A stretch of 63,019 nt of DNA, filler included, from Choristocarpus tenellus KU-1152 (GCA_964200185.2; 8 parts of 8 records of this genome joined end to end with filler, not necessarily neighbours in it), one strand, 5' to 3'; shown: positions 1 to 12,218, numbered from the whole stretch's first letter. Notes: a model not told the origin generated them from the letters alone. Translations and numbers: made by a program.

Positions 1-84
1 TTTTTTTTTTTTTTTTTTTGTAAAAAGAAAAAAAAAAATAAAAAAAATTTTTTCACCCCCCCCCCCCCCCCCCCCCCCCCCCCC
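1..84. repeat. Homopolymer low-complexity contig end (poly-T, poly-A, poly-C)
   Basis: Seen directly: consecutive T, A, T and C runs at the start of contig 1. Confidence 0.9.
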
Positions 85-714
85 AGCGTTGCGCTATTTC
101 CCTTGAAGTGTTTTTAATAATACTTGACTTAGTGATTGTCGAAGTTAATTGCTTCTGTCACTACATACGTTTGTTTGGTTCCGCAACCAACACCCACATC
201 CCGTAGTTTGCACTATCTCATCAGATCTTGTTAGACTTTAGCTTGGGGGGCGAGGTGGTGAGCAACTTTTGTGGTTTCATTTGTGGTTGTGATGTGGGAT
301 GGAAGGTAGAGTTGTTGTGTGTGTCCCAATGCACACCTTGGTGTGTTGTTGTGTTGCCACTCTTGAGGCTTTGGGGAAAGAGGGACTATCTTTCTTAGAT
401 GGGAAGATTTGATTGCTGATAAGCTCACATGACTTGTATTTGTGGTATGAAGGTATGGGCATCATCTTGCCTGTTCTATTTTTGTTTTATGTAAGCAGCT
501 CAATAGCTGCATGTTTCTCTTTCTTCTCAAGGATACATGGCAGGAAAAGGTTTTGTTGAGGTAGGGGTGCTTTGATGTTTTTGTGATAAAATAGCACGCC
601 TTGGACAACTGAACACTCAGTACTTATGTGCCTGGGACAGTCGAGATGAACTATGGTTATTGTGTGTCCTATTTGGGAACACTCCATGAATAAGAGTGTT
701 CATGACTTAGACAT

Positions 715-1250
715 TACAAGACATGTCTTACAATACTTCCATCAAAATTTACATGACACATGTTATGTATGGTAATAATCCAGTCCAAAAGTTACTCATG
801 TCTCTCAACAATTACATCCAAGCATTCATGACACAATTTGTGTATGGGAAGAAACCCTGTCCAAAAGTTGGACGGTGTTTATCTTGCACCACTCATGTTC
901 AAACGCACATAAGGCACCTATTAGGCTTGGTAACACCAATGTCCAGACATTCACAACGCATGTATTATCTATGGCAACACTTGAACCCAATACTTCCTCA
1001 ACACATGGTAATTTTGTAGTACTATGTCCAAACATCATGATACATGATGGGTACGGAAAGGCTCGAGTCCGAAACTCACATTACACGTATTTCAATAACT
1101 TCGTGTCCAAACACATGACACCTGTTTATGCTTAATAATGCTCCAGTCCAAAACGTACACAACATGTGTTATGTCTTGGAACACTCTTATTCAGACATGA
1201 AGAACATACAATCTTGAGTATTGTCTGTGGTAACAATCAAATCCAGAACT
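715..1250 (+). repeat. Highly diverged minisatellite, about 13 units of 33-52 nt
   Basis: Recurring anchor (G/A)TCCA(A/G)A at about 741, 783, 816, 859, 897, 941, 985, 1026, 1067, 1105, 1146, 1189 and 1241; CATGA(C/T)AC recurs at 752, 827, 1036 and 1113. Confidence 0.7.
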
Positions 1251-1295
1251 TAAGCTGCGTACGTAATGTTTTTTTCGTAATATTTATGTCCAAAA

Positions 1296-1426
1296 AACAG
1301 TCGATTTCAATAATTGAGGATGGAGCTTTTCATTGAGGATGGGCTTGACCCAAAATTGACTGGGATAAAGTGTCGATATGTTTTTTTTTGTATAAGCTCC
1401 ATCCTCAATTTTTGAAATCGGATGTT
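1296..1426. mobile_element. Small MITE-like element with about 33-bp imperfect TIRs (family 2)
   Basis: AACAGTCGATTTCAATAATTGAGGATGGAGCTT (1296-1328) is the reverse complement, with 3 mismatches, of AAGCTCCATCCTCAATTTTTGAAATCGGATGTT (1394-1426). Related ends occur at 10043-10108 and 23143-23209. Confidence 0.75.
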
Positions 1427-1629
1427 AAAACCTACTACGCAGTTTATACTATTAAGATACGTACTGCACATGTGCCATGTCTCGTAACACTCAAGTCGAC
1501 AACTTATGTCACGGGAGTGCTCAGGTTTGAACACTGGATTCTACAAGACCAGAATTTCTCGACAGGAAATTTCACTTACATTGAACACATGGCGAGTGCA
1601 CCAAGACGGTAAACCTATACCTTTCTATG

Positions 1630-1790
1630 TTGCGCTAAACAGCAAAGGAGGTGTGTGTGTAGAAAGATCTGGATCGCGGTGGCGAAGATTCATTATGGGT
1701 GGAGGGAGTAAGCACCAGATTCGAGGGTGGATGTGGACCTACGACGTGAGATGGCGGAAACCAACACACGAGAAAAATTCGAGGCACACA
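1630..1790 (+). repeat. Dispersed repeat family 3 copy (SINE-like or retroelement 3' end)
   Basis: GCGCTAAAC...ATCTGGATCGCGGTGGCGAAGATTC...GAGGGAGTAAGCACCAGATTCGAGGG aligns by eye to the reverse complement of 11050-11163, and partly to 2360-2491 and 24640-24790. Confidence 0.55.
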
Positions 1791-2359
1791 AAGGGGTAGT
1801 GCAACTAGTTGTGGTGTAACAGGTAGTTCTTAGAACAAAGGAATAGTGCGGTCAGTGTGTGCTGCCATCTGACAACGGGTCAACAGGCCAAGTATAGTGG
1901 AGGTAGTAGTGGAGAAGTTCCAGACTAAAAGTGAGTAACATTAAATAATGAGGACGAGAACAACAGCAATCGACAGGGAGAATTGCTAGCTGGTGTGGGT
2001 ATCACATAACATTGGTTTGCTTTGAAGCGATGTATGTGGGTTTGACGTACACATTATTGTTGTTGTGATGGGCATAATGTTTGAATATATTGTATGGGAT
2101 ATATCGCAAAGAAAAAAATATTGGTCTCTGTCTGGAAATAAAAGCACAAAAAAATATTGATCCTTGTGTGTGTAGCACCGATATTAGATTGTAGTATACT
2201 ACTGTATATATCTTTAGTTGTATTAGCATATAATTATAATTATAATCTTTCATCTGTTGTACGGAACTAGTTTGACCCGTGGTCAGAGGCACTGGACCAT
2301 TCCACTATTCTCATAAACTACTCCCAGTAACTACTGTTGACTAATTGTACTGCCTCTCT

Positions 2360-2491
2360 CTGATCGTGGCTCGCTTCTCTTGTGTGGGTTTAGTCATCCC
2401 ACTCTTTGTCGCTCCGCCTCCCCCCTTTGATCTTGTGCTGGACCTGCCTCAGCATCACTTGGCAATAATGAAGCCTTGCAAACTCGTTCTT
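2360..2491 (-). repeat. Dispersed repeat family 3 copy
   Basis: Minus strand CAAGAACGAG...ATTGCCAAG...GAGG.AGG.CCAG...TGGGATGA...GAGAAGC aligns with 24640-24765 on the minus strand. Confidence 0.6.
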
Positions 2492-5400
2492 GATATGACC
2501 TTTTTGAGGTATAATAGCAGCAGGTAGAATAATACAGGTGTACAATCTGTAATGGTTGTCACGTGGACATTGGATAGTCGAACCTGACTTTCATAAAAAG
2601 AAGTTGGGCGTTGATGGGCTTTGAGCATGCTGCATTGATTGGTGCAAGGAACATTGTGTCTCAACCTCAGAGCAACCAGGACGCGCATGTAATGGTATGC
2701 AAAGTATATACAGGTCCAGTTTCTGTTCTTCCACAGAGTACGAAGAGTGATCCCTGACCAATAATAGCTACATTGAGTTCATGTTATGATGAGACCACCC
2801 CTCTTCACACAAAGACACAACAACTAATAGGTGTCAATATCGAAATATTAATAATATGATGGTGTGACAGTGTGTGTGCATTGATTGCCAGAAGAAGAGT
2901 GGGCATTCATGATCATCGGAGAGGGGCACCTTCCCGCAGATAGCTGCAAGGTCCTCATGGCACAAATAAAGCACTACTACCACAACCATAGTAGTAGTAG
3001 TATTGTAATGGCAATTATTAGGTATATATTCCGGAGTATGTTACACTAACTAGGGTAGTAGAACAAAAAACACTACTTGTATTATTGGTTATTTGAGTGA
3101 AGATTACCATCACTCATAAATACGAACAAGAACCTGTGGTAGTGTGTACCCTTGTCCTTCATGCACCCTCAGTCTCTAGATAGATGGCATCTCTTTCCAT
3201 TTCGCATTGGTTGCTCCCCTAGGCATGCCCACAACAACATGCAATCGCTTTGGGTGAAGGATAGAATTGGGGCGGGGAGGTGCTACTAGTGACGTGCTAT
3301 ATAGTATTACAATATATTTCAAGAATAGTTGAGGACTATTTTTACAGTGAATAATATACATGCGATAGGCACCTTCATGCCAAGGTATTCCTTTTAAGGG
3401 ACCTTCCCTTATTAGGCTTACCTCAGAGTTCGTCACCTAATGTGACATAAGCGTTTACTTCCTAACGATGTCAATATCAGGTTGTTGCGTGGAGCTTGCA
3501 ACCCCCACTCACTCACTTCCCTTTTCACTCCTTTCCCGAACTACCTTGTCAGGTTGTTCACCCTCCTGCCTTGCCTCTCTCCATTCCATTCCTCCTGTGG
3601 GTCTTCCGGTTCCATTTCAGTCTGAAGAACTTCTCTACCAGTTTCCATCTGTTTCACAATGGTGACGACCCCACAACAGTTCTGAAGTGGGAGAGTACTT
3701 CAACAGTACTCTGGGAGATAATCTTAGTACATTGCCCGTACTTGGACCACCACACCCTTATCCTGTTTACGTATGTCCCATCATTCTTTTTTTTTTTACA
3801 GTTCGATCTAGGCGATGAACCACCACCTTCCCGACCACTGAGAAACGTTTCCCTATATTAATGACGGAAGAAGATTTATAGAAAACGAGCCAGTCGAACA
3901 TCTGTTACCACCATTTCATGACCAAGATCCTCTTTCCTTCGATGAGGTCCTCCTATAGGATGTTACGAAATTTCTCCACAATAGATTGTCGATATGTATT
4001 TCCTGGTGGTGGACCATCGGGTTGTCCAACAATTTATGTCCGGAGAAAATAATCTGTTAGCTCAGTCTCCAAAACCAAATCAGCCCGGTCCACAAACTCC
4101 CAGAATGTTTTGCTCGTGTCAACACATACAACATGTCTACAGGTCCACCGCCCCTTTAAAATATGGAGTTTTCGGTTCATTGATAGGCTGTACAACAAAA
4201 TATTTAGGGGAATATTTGTTCGATGTCGGATCACTTGCTGTACCATTGACGAAAGTTTCATTACGAACAACAACATCGTAATGGTCCGACAACTGGTGAA
4301 TTCTTGGGGGAAATTTAACAATTTTACTTGACTGAATTATTGAAACTCAGAGATCTCCTAGAAATATATACTTTTTTTTCCGTGAATTTTCCACAACACC
4401 GATCTGAAAAGGATATTGATATTGCCATGTTCAGCACTACTATTACTTTGCTTTTGTTCTTGTAGTTTGTCACTAATGTGAGAGTTTATAAAGTAATCGA
4501 AGTTTTATGGGTGGAAGAATTCTGGTTGGCTGGGGGCACAGGACAAGCGTGGGCAGGGGAAAGAAAAAGAAGGAAGCAGGAAGAGAACGAATAATTAAGG
4601 AAGGGAAGAGAAGGTTAACGGAAATGAGTGGTAAGAAAAAAAGGGGGAAAAAGCATTCAGTGATTGATAAAAGGGAAGAGAACCAGGGGTACAGGACGAG
4701 GAGGGGAGACCGAAGCAACCTCCGAGCAAGCTCTCCCGCCCACCCACCCTGTCGCTTGCTCACGAACAATGGGAACACTGAATGGGAGAGGGGGGGTAGG
4801 GGAGGTCAAGTTATGGCGGGGTAGATGTCTTCTAGCTCAAAGGCATGGGTTGAAGTGGATCATGAAGGGGTATTCTTGGATGATTGTGGAGTGGTGTGGG
4901 AACTGCTGTGGGGTTGAGGGGAGTGATAACTTGTGTGGGTTTGAAAGGTGGGGATGGCTGGCAATCAGGGGCGAAGGGCATTCGCACTGGTTGGTCATCA
5001 AATAATGGGGAATAGAGAATAGAGGAATGACAAACAAGGAATAAGCAAATAATAGTAATAATCCAGAATTTGTGAGCAAAACAAAGGAGACCTTGTTAAA
5101 ATAGGGCCTAATCTCGAGCCCTGTAGATCACGTGCGCGCGATCTGTTACTGTAGTACTGTGTTGTAGCCCCCTCAGTGACGATGGTGATTCCTGTCGTTG
5201 ACTTTTTTTGTCTCAACCTCGTATATTGTTTGTGAACCCGTGATTTCTGTACAACCAGTACTACTACTACTAGTGCTACGTCACAGCTACTACTGCTAGT
5301 AATACGATTTACAACTAATACTGCTGTGAAAAATGTAAGGGGGACAAATAATGGAGAACAGAGTGTAAGGCGTAGGACGAATGAGAGAGGAGGCGTAAGG

Positions 5401-5673
5401 TCCAGGACCAACACTCACTATAGAAAAGAATGATTATCGATCGATGCTTTCTGCACTCCATCATCACCAGCATGCGTCTCACAAGACTAAGTATCTAACA
5501 ATTTAATATTTCGCGCAGTAGTAGCAGTTAAATATTGTGTGGTACTATTGGTGTTAAGTAGAATTATGTGTGACGAATGGGATACGATACACAACACAGG
5601 ACATTTTATATACACATATGTATATAGTTTTCATTGGTTTCCCCCTGACACATCAGCAAAATGTCAGAGGGCA

Positions 5674-5773
5674 NNNNNNNNNNNNNNNNNNNNNNNNNNN
5701 NNNNNNNNNNNNNNNNNTTAATTAATTAANNNNNNNNNNNNNNNNNNNNNNNNNNNNNNNNNNNNNNNNNNNN
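5674..5773. other. Artificial contig-joining spacer
   Basis: N44 + TTAATTAATTAA (stops in all six frames) + N44. Confidence 0.99.
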
Positions 5774-6379
5774 CCGGTGATTCTCTTCGCCACCCTTGCC
5801 TGAGTGAACCACGCCGCCACAGAATCACACGATTCACAATGAAGAGGGACTAAGTTCCCTTTAACAAAAATCCTTTTTCATTCCAGAGTGAAAGGAGCAC
5901 CCCAACTATAAAACTAGCCTGTTGATAATCACAAAACATATACAATTATTTAATTGGGGTACAACATTCCATTAAGGCAGTTGTTCTTTTACTAATGTAA
6001 AAAATTGTTGTACAACCAAAAGAAAAAATAGGTTGATACCATACTTTCTTGGTCAAGGGAGAATAGGTGCGTATCCCTTACATGAGAATCGGGCTTGTCT
6101 ATGGCTCCCCCTGCGCACTGTACATGACAATAAACATGGGGCGTGTAGGAAGGTAAAAGGTCGACAGAACTTCCTTTTCGTGCAAGGTGATCGGGTGTGT
6201 ACGGCTGGAGGATGATGTGAACCGACCTCGACATGCCATCCTCTCTGGGCCTGATTCGATACGCAAACCATTTTTCTCTCTCCTTCTCTTTGTTTCTCCT
6301 GTCTCTTTTCCAACGTGCCCTGTCGGTACAGAAATCCCGCGATCAACTGAGAGGCTTAGTCCAACCACCAAACGCCGAA

Positions 6380-7472
6380 ATGCCTCCAAAGGGTACCAGA
6401 AGGTGAGTCCCCATACAAGAACGTTCACCCTTCGTGCGGCCTACACTGGAGCGTCTCTGGATGACCAATGTCGCAAACACACCGTCATGATTTAGCGCCT
6501 TTGGCGGGTGTAGCGGCTATCGTCCGTTCACGTAGCATGTATTAGCATGTGGCTGACACGATAGTGTACACACCACCTCTTAATGGTGGTGATACCAGCA
6601 TTTTTTGATTCGATGCCCTGTAATAATTGATGAGACAGCACCGATGTTCCATACTTTGCGATGATGTTTGCTTGTTTGTTTGTTGATCTGTCGTTACTCT
6701 TCATTCCAGGCAACTTACCTCACACCCTGGTGCTGAATTCACCCTCCAAGAGGGTCGTATGTCAGTGAGCCCTGCCTGTTGGGAAGATGAAGCTCATGGA
6801 CAAGCCTGTATTTCTGTAGAGTACGAAGCGTTCCTCAATGCCAACTCATGGCAACGTGAAGCTCTTGGCTATAGAGTGGATGGATACAATGGGTTCCTGG
6901 TCTTGGTGACATTGCTGCTTGTGTTGATATTGGAGAATCTGTGGTCATTTGATAAACAAGGATTTAAGTCGTCAGAGGCAGCAGACATGTTTGTAATTGT
7001 GCTGATTGTTGGAGCAGCATGTGGGATGTTCACGGTTGTAACGATCACCATGGTGACATTGAAATTGCAAAGATTGCTTGCACGAGATATTTCAGCACTC
7101 AGAGTTCAGCAACGAGGGTCATCTAGTCATGCCAACAGGATGGATCGTCTATTTAAAGACTGGGCGAAAAATGCAAAGAGCCGCAAGCATTGTCCAGCTT
7201 GCTTAGCGTATGAGTGGTATCATCGCGATAAGGTTGCCAACTTGCTGTGGAAGCTCTGCTCCCCACGGAGGCTGGTACAGCTAGCCATACGGACCTACAC
7301 TATGATGATGCTTTGCTTCGTTGTGGCTCTGTCAGCCAAACTTAGCGACTCCCATAGTATCAACTATTGTGTTATTAGTGCTGTTCTTGTTGGTGGAGCA
7401 GTATTTATTGCCAGTCTTGCAATATATTTGAGCTGCACACACCCTAATGGTGATTTTGACAGGTATGCATAG
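6380..7472 (+). CDS. Uncharacterised 4-transmembrane protein, 261 aa, 2 exons; Orai/PGG-like topology (tentative)
   Basis: Exon 1 6380-6402 (MPPKGTR+AG, donor GTGAGT); intron ends TTCATTCCAG at 6709; exon 2 6710-7472 joins in phase and includes the 237-aa ORF at 6759. Four hydrophobic helices; no internal stops. Confidence 0.8.
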
Positions 7473-7939
7473 TGGTAATTTATCAAAACAATTGGTTTTG
7501 ATCAGACTTCGATATAGTGAATACAGCAATGGCTAGTTGTATTCATATTGTAGGATAGTAATAAACCCATGTATGCATTTAGTTGTGAAGTCAGTGTACT
7601 CCTATCACACCATCAAATAACTTCAAATTACTATCCACTACAGTGCTCAATTCTGAGGGAATTCTCGTTTCTCTGGAGCTCAAATAACAGTTAAAAGTCA
7701 TGGTGTGCATCTCCCACCTCTGCACAGAAGAAATCTCAAAAAGCGTGCAAGGGAATCGAACTTCAAGCTACTACAGCAGTACTGTAATGAAAGAGATTTT
7801 TTTTTCTTGTTTTCTCAATTGTCCTCATCCCTTAAGGCGTCTGTCTGTAACGCCATCTCCAAAAAGATTTGACTTGGAAAAAAAAGGTACAGAACCTCGT
7901 TCTCTCCATCAACCTCTGTCCTCCTTACCTTGCACCTGA

Positions 7940-8885
7940 CAAGGCACACCATCCTCTCACGTGTCACACAGTTCCGTGGCGATACACTTTTTGTGCATCA
8001 CTCCCATTAAGGCTTGCCTTCCCTAATTTGGCACCAAGTAGCTCATCTCTTCTATACCCTTTTCCCTTCACCTCATCAACTTGCTTCCACCTCGTGGTCG
8101 GCTGACTTACCTGACCCTTCCACATTGAAGCCAATTGCCTATCCCCCCACCAACTCTGCCAAGGATACTCTTCCCCCCTCACTGATTGATTATGCTGTTA
8201 TCAATTCAAATCGCCCTCCAACATCTTCCCAACCACGAAAACATCTCAGTCTTTTGCCTGGTGAAAGGCAGCCCACTCTGCATTGATAGTCCTAACTCAG
8301 TCGCTAACCCCACCTTGGACATTGGTTGCATCTCTTCCATGAGTTGGCAAGTGTGGCAGTACAACATAGCTTACCATTATAGCATTGTTTAGACCTTTGA
8401 AACTTGGCGATATATTCTCCCCATTCAGTTTGTTGCAGGCACACATGATGAAAGAAATTCCAGGAGGCTGCCATCGATACAGGACAGGCTACCACAAAAA
8501 TAGAATATTGTACAATAGCTGCCTTGACTAACTCCTGAGTTGCTTGTTTATCCATCTCCAGCAGGTCCGGTACTGTGAAGGTCGAAGATATATGGCTCTA
8601 GATGTATGATGGCCCTATGTAGTGTGGTAGGAAGAATTCACAATCAGTTTCACCATCAACATTGAAACGATGGGTTATTGATATCACTCGTGTCTCTAGC
8701 ATGTCCCTCTTGGAATACGTCTGCAGAAAAGGCACAGGATGCGTGCGGCAAGGTTGGTGTGTTCGCAGTGTGATGGACATGGTGTTGAGATTCGGACGGG
8801 TTACCTTCTTGCACCTGTGATTCACAAAGGGTTGCAAACCTGGCACGAGCAGTGAAGTGATATCATAGACTTCCATTAAACTCAA
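7940..8885 (-). pseudogene. Degraded coding sequence of unknown origin
   Basis: ORFs 8885-8598 and 8555-8304 share a frame separated by one stop; a third piece (8182-7964) is in another frame. No family recognised. Confidence 0.3.
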
Positions 8886-8986
8886 AGTATCTGGGAGGGG
8901 GGTGGCGGCTGTCCATTTGGGGTCAATTTTTCCATGTCGCGATTTATAGGTGATTTGGTTGCATATATCAGATGGATACTGTAAAG
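8879..8986 (-). mobile_element. Diverged end of a family-1-related MITE, cut by contig end
   Basis: CTCAAAGTATCTGGGAGGGG...GTCCATTTGGGGTCAA...GTCGCGATTT resembles the family-1 terminus GCCAAAGTATCTTAGAGGG...GTCCATTTGGGGGTCAAAA. Confidence 0.55.
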
Positions 8987-9086
8987 NNNNNNNNNNNNNN
9001 NNNNNNNNNNNNNNNNNNNNNNNNNNNNNNTTAATTAATTAANNNNNNNNNNNNNNNNNNNNNNNNNNNNNNNNNNNNNNNNNNNN
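8987..9086. other. Artificial contig-joining spacer
   Basis: N44-TTAATTAATTAA-N44. Confidence 0.99.
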
Positions 9087-10042
9087 ATGACGAAGAGGAG
9101 TAAGAAGAGGAGGAGGACGGGGGGCGGGGAGGAAGGGGGGGGGGGGAGCGGCGGGGGGGCGCACACTTTGGCAAATGAATGATTGACCAACGGCAAACAG
9201 AGGATACGGGAGTGTTGTTGTTCATGATGCCTCGTTCGTCCAGTAGTTCAAGCAGGTTGTTCATGTGTCTGTTGCACTCTCGGTAATGGGCTTACCAGCG
9301 TTGGCGCCCGTGCTTGCTTTAGTTGACATGCACAGTTTCTCGCAGTGGCAGGGGGAGGAGGGGTACAATGAATGAGCAGCAAATTGAAAAAGCTGATGTT
9401 TTCTTTTTTTTTAAATGTGCAGGAAGATTTTTTTTACTACAAGCTACCGTTAGATACGGTAGCCTTCTTCTCCTTCCCTTCTCCCTGTTGTTGTCATGCA
9501 ATGTGTTACAAGTCCAACAACTTGCCCGAGAAAACAGATAAATACAGATCGGCGTATCTGACAGGGTGGGGGGGGCAGCAGATCGCAACAAATGATATCT
9601 CGGGCATGACTGAGATAATCATACGAAGAGGTCAGTCATCATATAATGTCAATACTTGTATGCGCTCAGTGGTAGCCTCTTTTTCTACTTGGCGACGATA
9701 GCAAAAATTAATAAACAAATTAATAATGTGNNNNNNNNNNCTTCTTCTCAGTCAGTCAGCCGTCCATAATGACAATGAAACGCTGCCCCGAAAAAAACTA
9801 CTTCGAAGTACTACTGTTTCTATCACCTCCACCATCGACAGTCAAACGACTCCACCGACCGCACTAATTACTTGAGCAAGTAAGCCAACGCAGGGCATAC
9901 ATGTACACGACGATCAAACGAAATCATTGCCGCCACCCACGCACTGTCCTACTACCACCTTCGGGATGGACTCCCATTCGTAGCGGGGCCCTCCAAAAAT
10001 GCCGCAACATTTGCAAAAAAAAACATGTGTGCACTTTCCGCT

Positions 10043-10108
10043 CACCATTCCGGGTCTTGCTCATCCTCCATAAAAAACCCCATCCTCAATTTTGGTGATC
10101 GACTGTTA
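10043..10108. mobile_element. Family 2 element terminus
   Basis: CACCATT..GGGTC...CTCATCCTCC...CCCCATCCTCAATTTTGGTGATCGACTGTTA matches 23143-23209 and the TIR at 1296-1426. Confidence 0.65.
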
Positions 10109-10653
10109 GTCGCAGTGATTTGATTCTTTGTTTGTGAACATTGTTATGTTGATGCATGACGTAATGATGATGGTCAAAAATAATGTCCAGATCTTATCGT
10201 CATGGAGAAGGAAACAACAGAATAATACGACATGCTTGGGCCCGTGGTTTAAAAGAGAATTGTGCTATTACTCCATTGATGTATATGCCTCAAGGATAAA
10301 AACGTACGGGGGTGCGTTACATACCAGTGTCATCTACATACTCAAGAAGTGAGTTCATACTTGTGTAACTGATAAATGCTTGGCACACACACACACACAC
10401 ACACCATAATTCATGATGCATCGCATCAAACGGCAAAATGGCCTCCTGCTCGTAGGTACCTAGCCAGACAAAACCTAAACACTTGACGAGCCCTGCCAAT
10501 GCATTCTCGTCAGAAGCACTACGGTAAGTCAGGCTGCTTGTGGACTTCATTTTCGACCATGCTAGAGAGGCTTAATGCAGAGTGTTGCTCCGACCGCCCT
10601 AGCCCGCTTCCTGGTGTGCTTACATCCATAGGGTAACACAGATCTTGTCCATT

Positions 10654-10842
10654 GAACCAAAGTATCTTAGAGGGTAGAACTGCGTCCATTTAGGGGCCAA
10701 AATACAATGTTGCGATTTCGATGTAATTTTGGCTATCGCGTTTGTTAAGAAGTGTCAATATCCTTGTTCCGGACACACCTTTTCATAACGTACATTTTAC
10801 CTACTCGGAATTTTTTCGAGTAGGAAAACGTAATAAAAGCCC
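10654..10842 (-). mobile_element. Family 1 MITE, truncated copy
   Basis: Begins GAACCAAAGTATCTTAGAGGGTAG; colinear with the reverse complement of 12219-12476 for about 190 bp; second TIR missing. Confidence 0.85.
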
Positions 10843-11049
10843 CAAATAATTTATGTTATAATTATTGTTTTGATTGTGATGATCGATTATGATTATGATT
10901 GTGATTATTCATTACTATATTCACGTGGTCCACGTAGGAGTGAATACTGCACTATTATTTCTACCCTATGAACTGTCTCACTACAACTAATCCAACTGCC
11001 CCATGCATGCCTTGGTCTAACCTAATGTGTTGAGTTCAGCAATCCTGTC

Positions 11050-11163
11050 ACTCATCGTTCCATCTCCTCCCTCCAATTTGTTGCGTACTCCCTCTGTCCG
11101 CAACGAATCTTCTCCACCACAATCCAGATGTCCCCCGTCCCTTTTTGTGGTTTAGCGCACTAC
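11050..11163 (-). repeat. Dispersed repeat family 3 copy
   Basis: Minus strand GCGCTAAACC...ATCTGGATTGTGGTGGAGAAGATTC...GAGGGAGTACGCAACAAATTGGAGGG aligns to 1630-1750. Confidence 0.6.
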
Positions 11164-12218
11164 TGTATCCCCCTAATAAACTTGCAATGTGGTTAATCGA
11201 AATTAAATTTCCTAGGAAGTAAAATCTGTCCTCGACGGAGGTTCAAGCCACGGTATTCTCCAGGCAAAATGCGGGTGGGCTACCGCCCGATGTAGATGGA
11301 CAAACTCAAGTGAGAGACTTACATACAGCCATTCATTTCATTGAGTTAATCCCCCTCTTTTAATACCCTATCTCGGGTAGCTTACACGTTGAGTTGTTAC
11401 TTTGGTTGATTCCTGAGAATTGAATCGAGGAAAAAGTAAGGGGGGATTGAGACCCTATTCCAAATTTTTGTTCGTGGGGAGTCCTACTCATCTGTTTTCA
11501 CCGGACTGGGCAGTTAGCATGTGTCACCTGTCGGCCATGTGGACGCAATAGGTCAATGGCCATAGACGAGGCCATGTTAGAACACTTTATCTATTGATTT
11601 CTAACGAATATTTTACTTGTATCTTTTTATCGTATATATTTACTACTGTCATTAAAAAAAACTACATTTATGTTGATAATTCTATACTGGCTGGATGATT
11701 TGTGATTTTTGCGGTAATGCCTCCCACTCACACCACACTCCTCACATCACTCCTCAACCCTCTGTGAACTGTGAGGACCTCTAAGTTCAGTGAACACACT
11801 CTTAACCCTGAGAAGATAGACATTGGGTGCAGACGATTGAGTTACAATGAGGAGTGGAAGGGATACCATCAGCAGCGATATTGTCAGTAATGGAGATAGA
11901 GACAGCAACAGTCTTAATGATTGTGTTAGGTGGCATTAGAAGTGGCAGTGATGATGAATGTGGTACCAACACTGGCAACCATGCATTGAGAGGGCGCCCA
12001 GACCAGACTAGGTTGACAACTCTGTCCATTGAGTCAACTCTGCAAGAGTGGTGAGCTTGGCACATCGGCTGATGATATGTTCAAGCAGCCTTCTGCGCTT
12101 ATGAATCAGTGGGAGGTATCTTAGCATGCTCAAAAACACTTGTTGTTGCAGATATTATATGGAAAAGGAAGAGACGCAATAGGTAGGTGTCTCTGACCTC
12201 CCAGTTCTTTCAGATCAT

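Noticed and set aside
715-1250. CRISPR-like array
   Set aside because: No conserved repeat alternating with unique spacers; whole units are mutually similar and degenerate; no cas genes; eukaryotic context.
3800-4330. Degraded minus-strand ORF (SKTFWEFVDRADLVLETELTDYFLRT...)
   Set aside because: Protein-like but with several stops and no recognisable motif; it cannot be assigned.
4723-4761. Hairpin GAGCAAGC/GCTTGCTC as terminator or ribozyme
   Set aside because: Only an 8-bp stem, with no U-tract and no hammerhead core nearby.
11225-11310. tRNA or tRNA-derived SINE head
   Set aside because: Only a loose B-box-like word; no cloverleaf or clear A box, and no second copy in the window.
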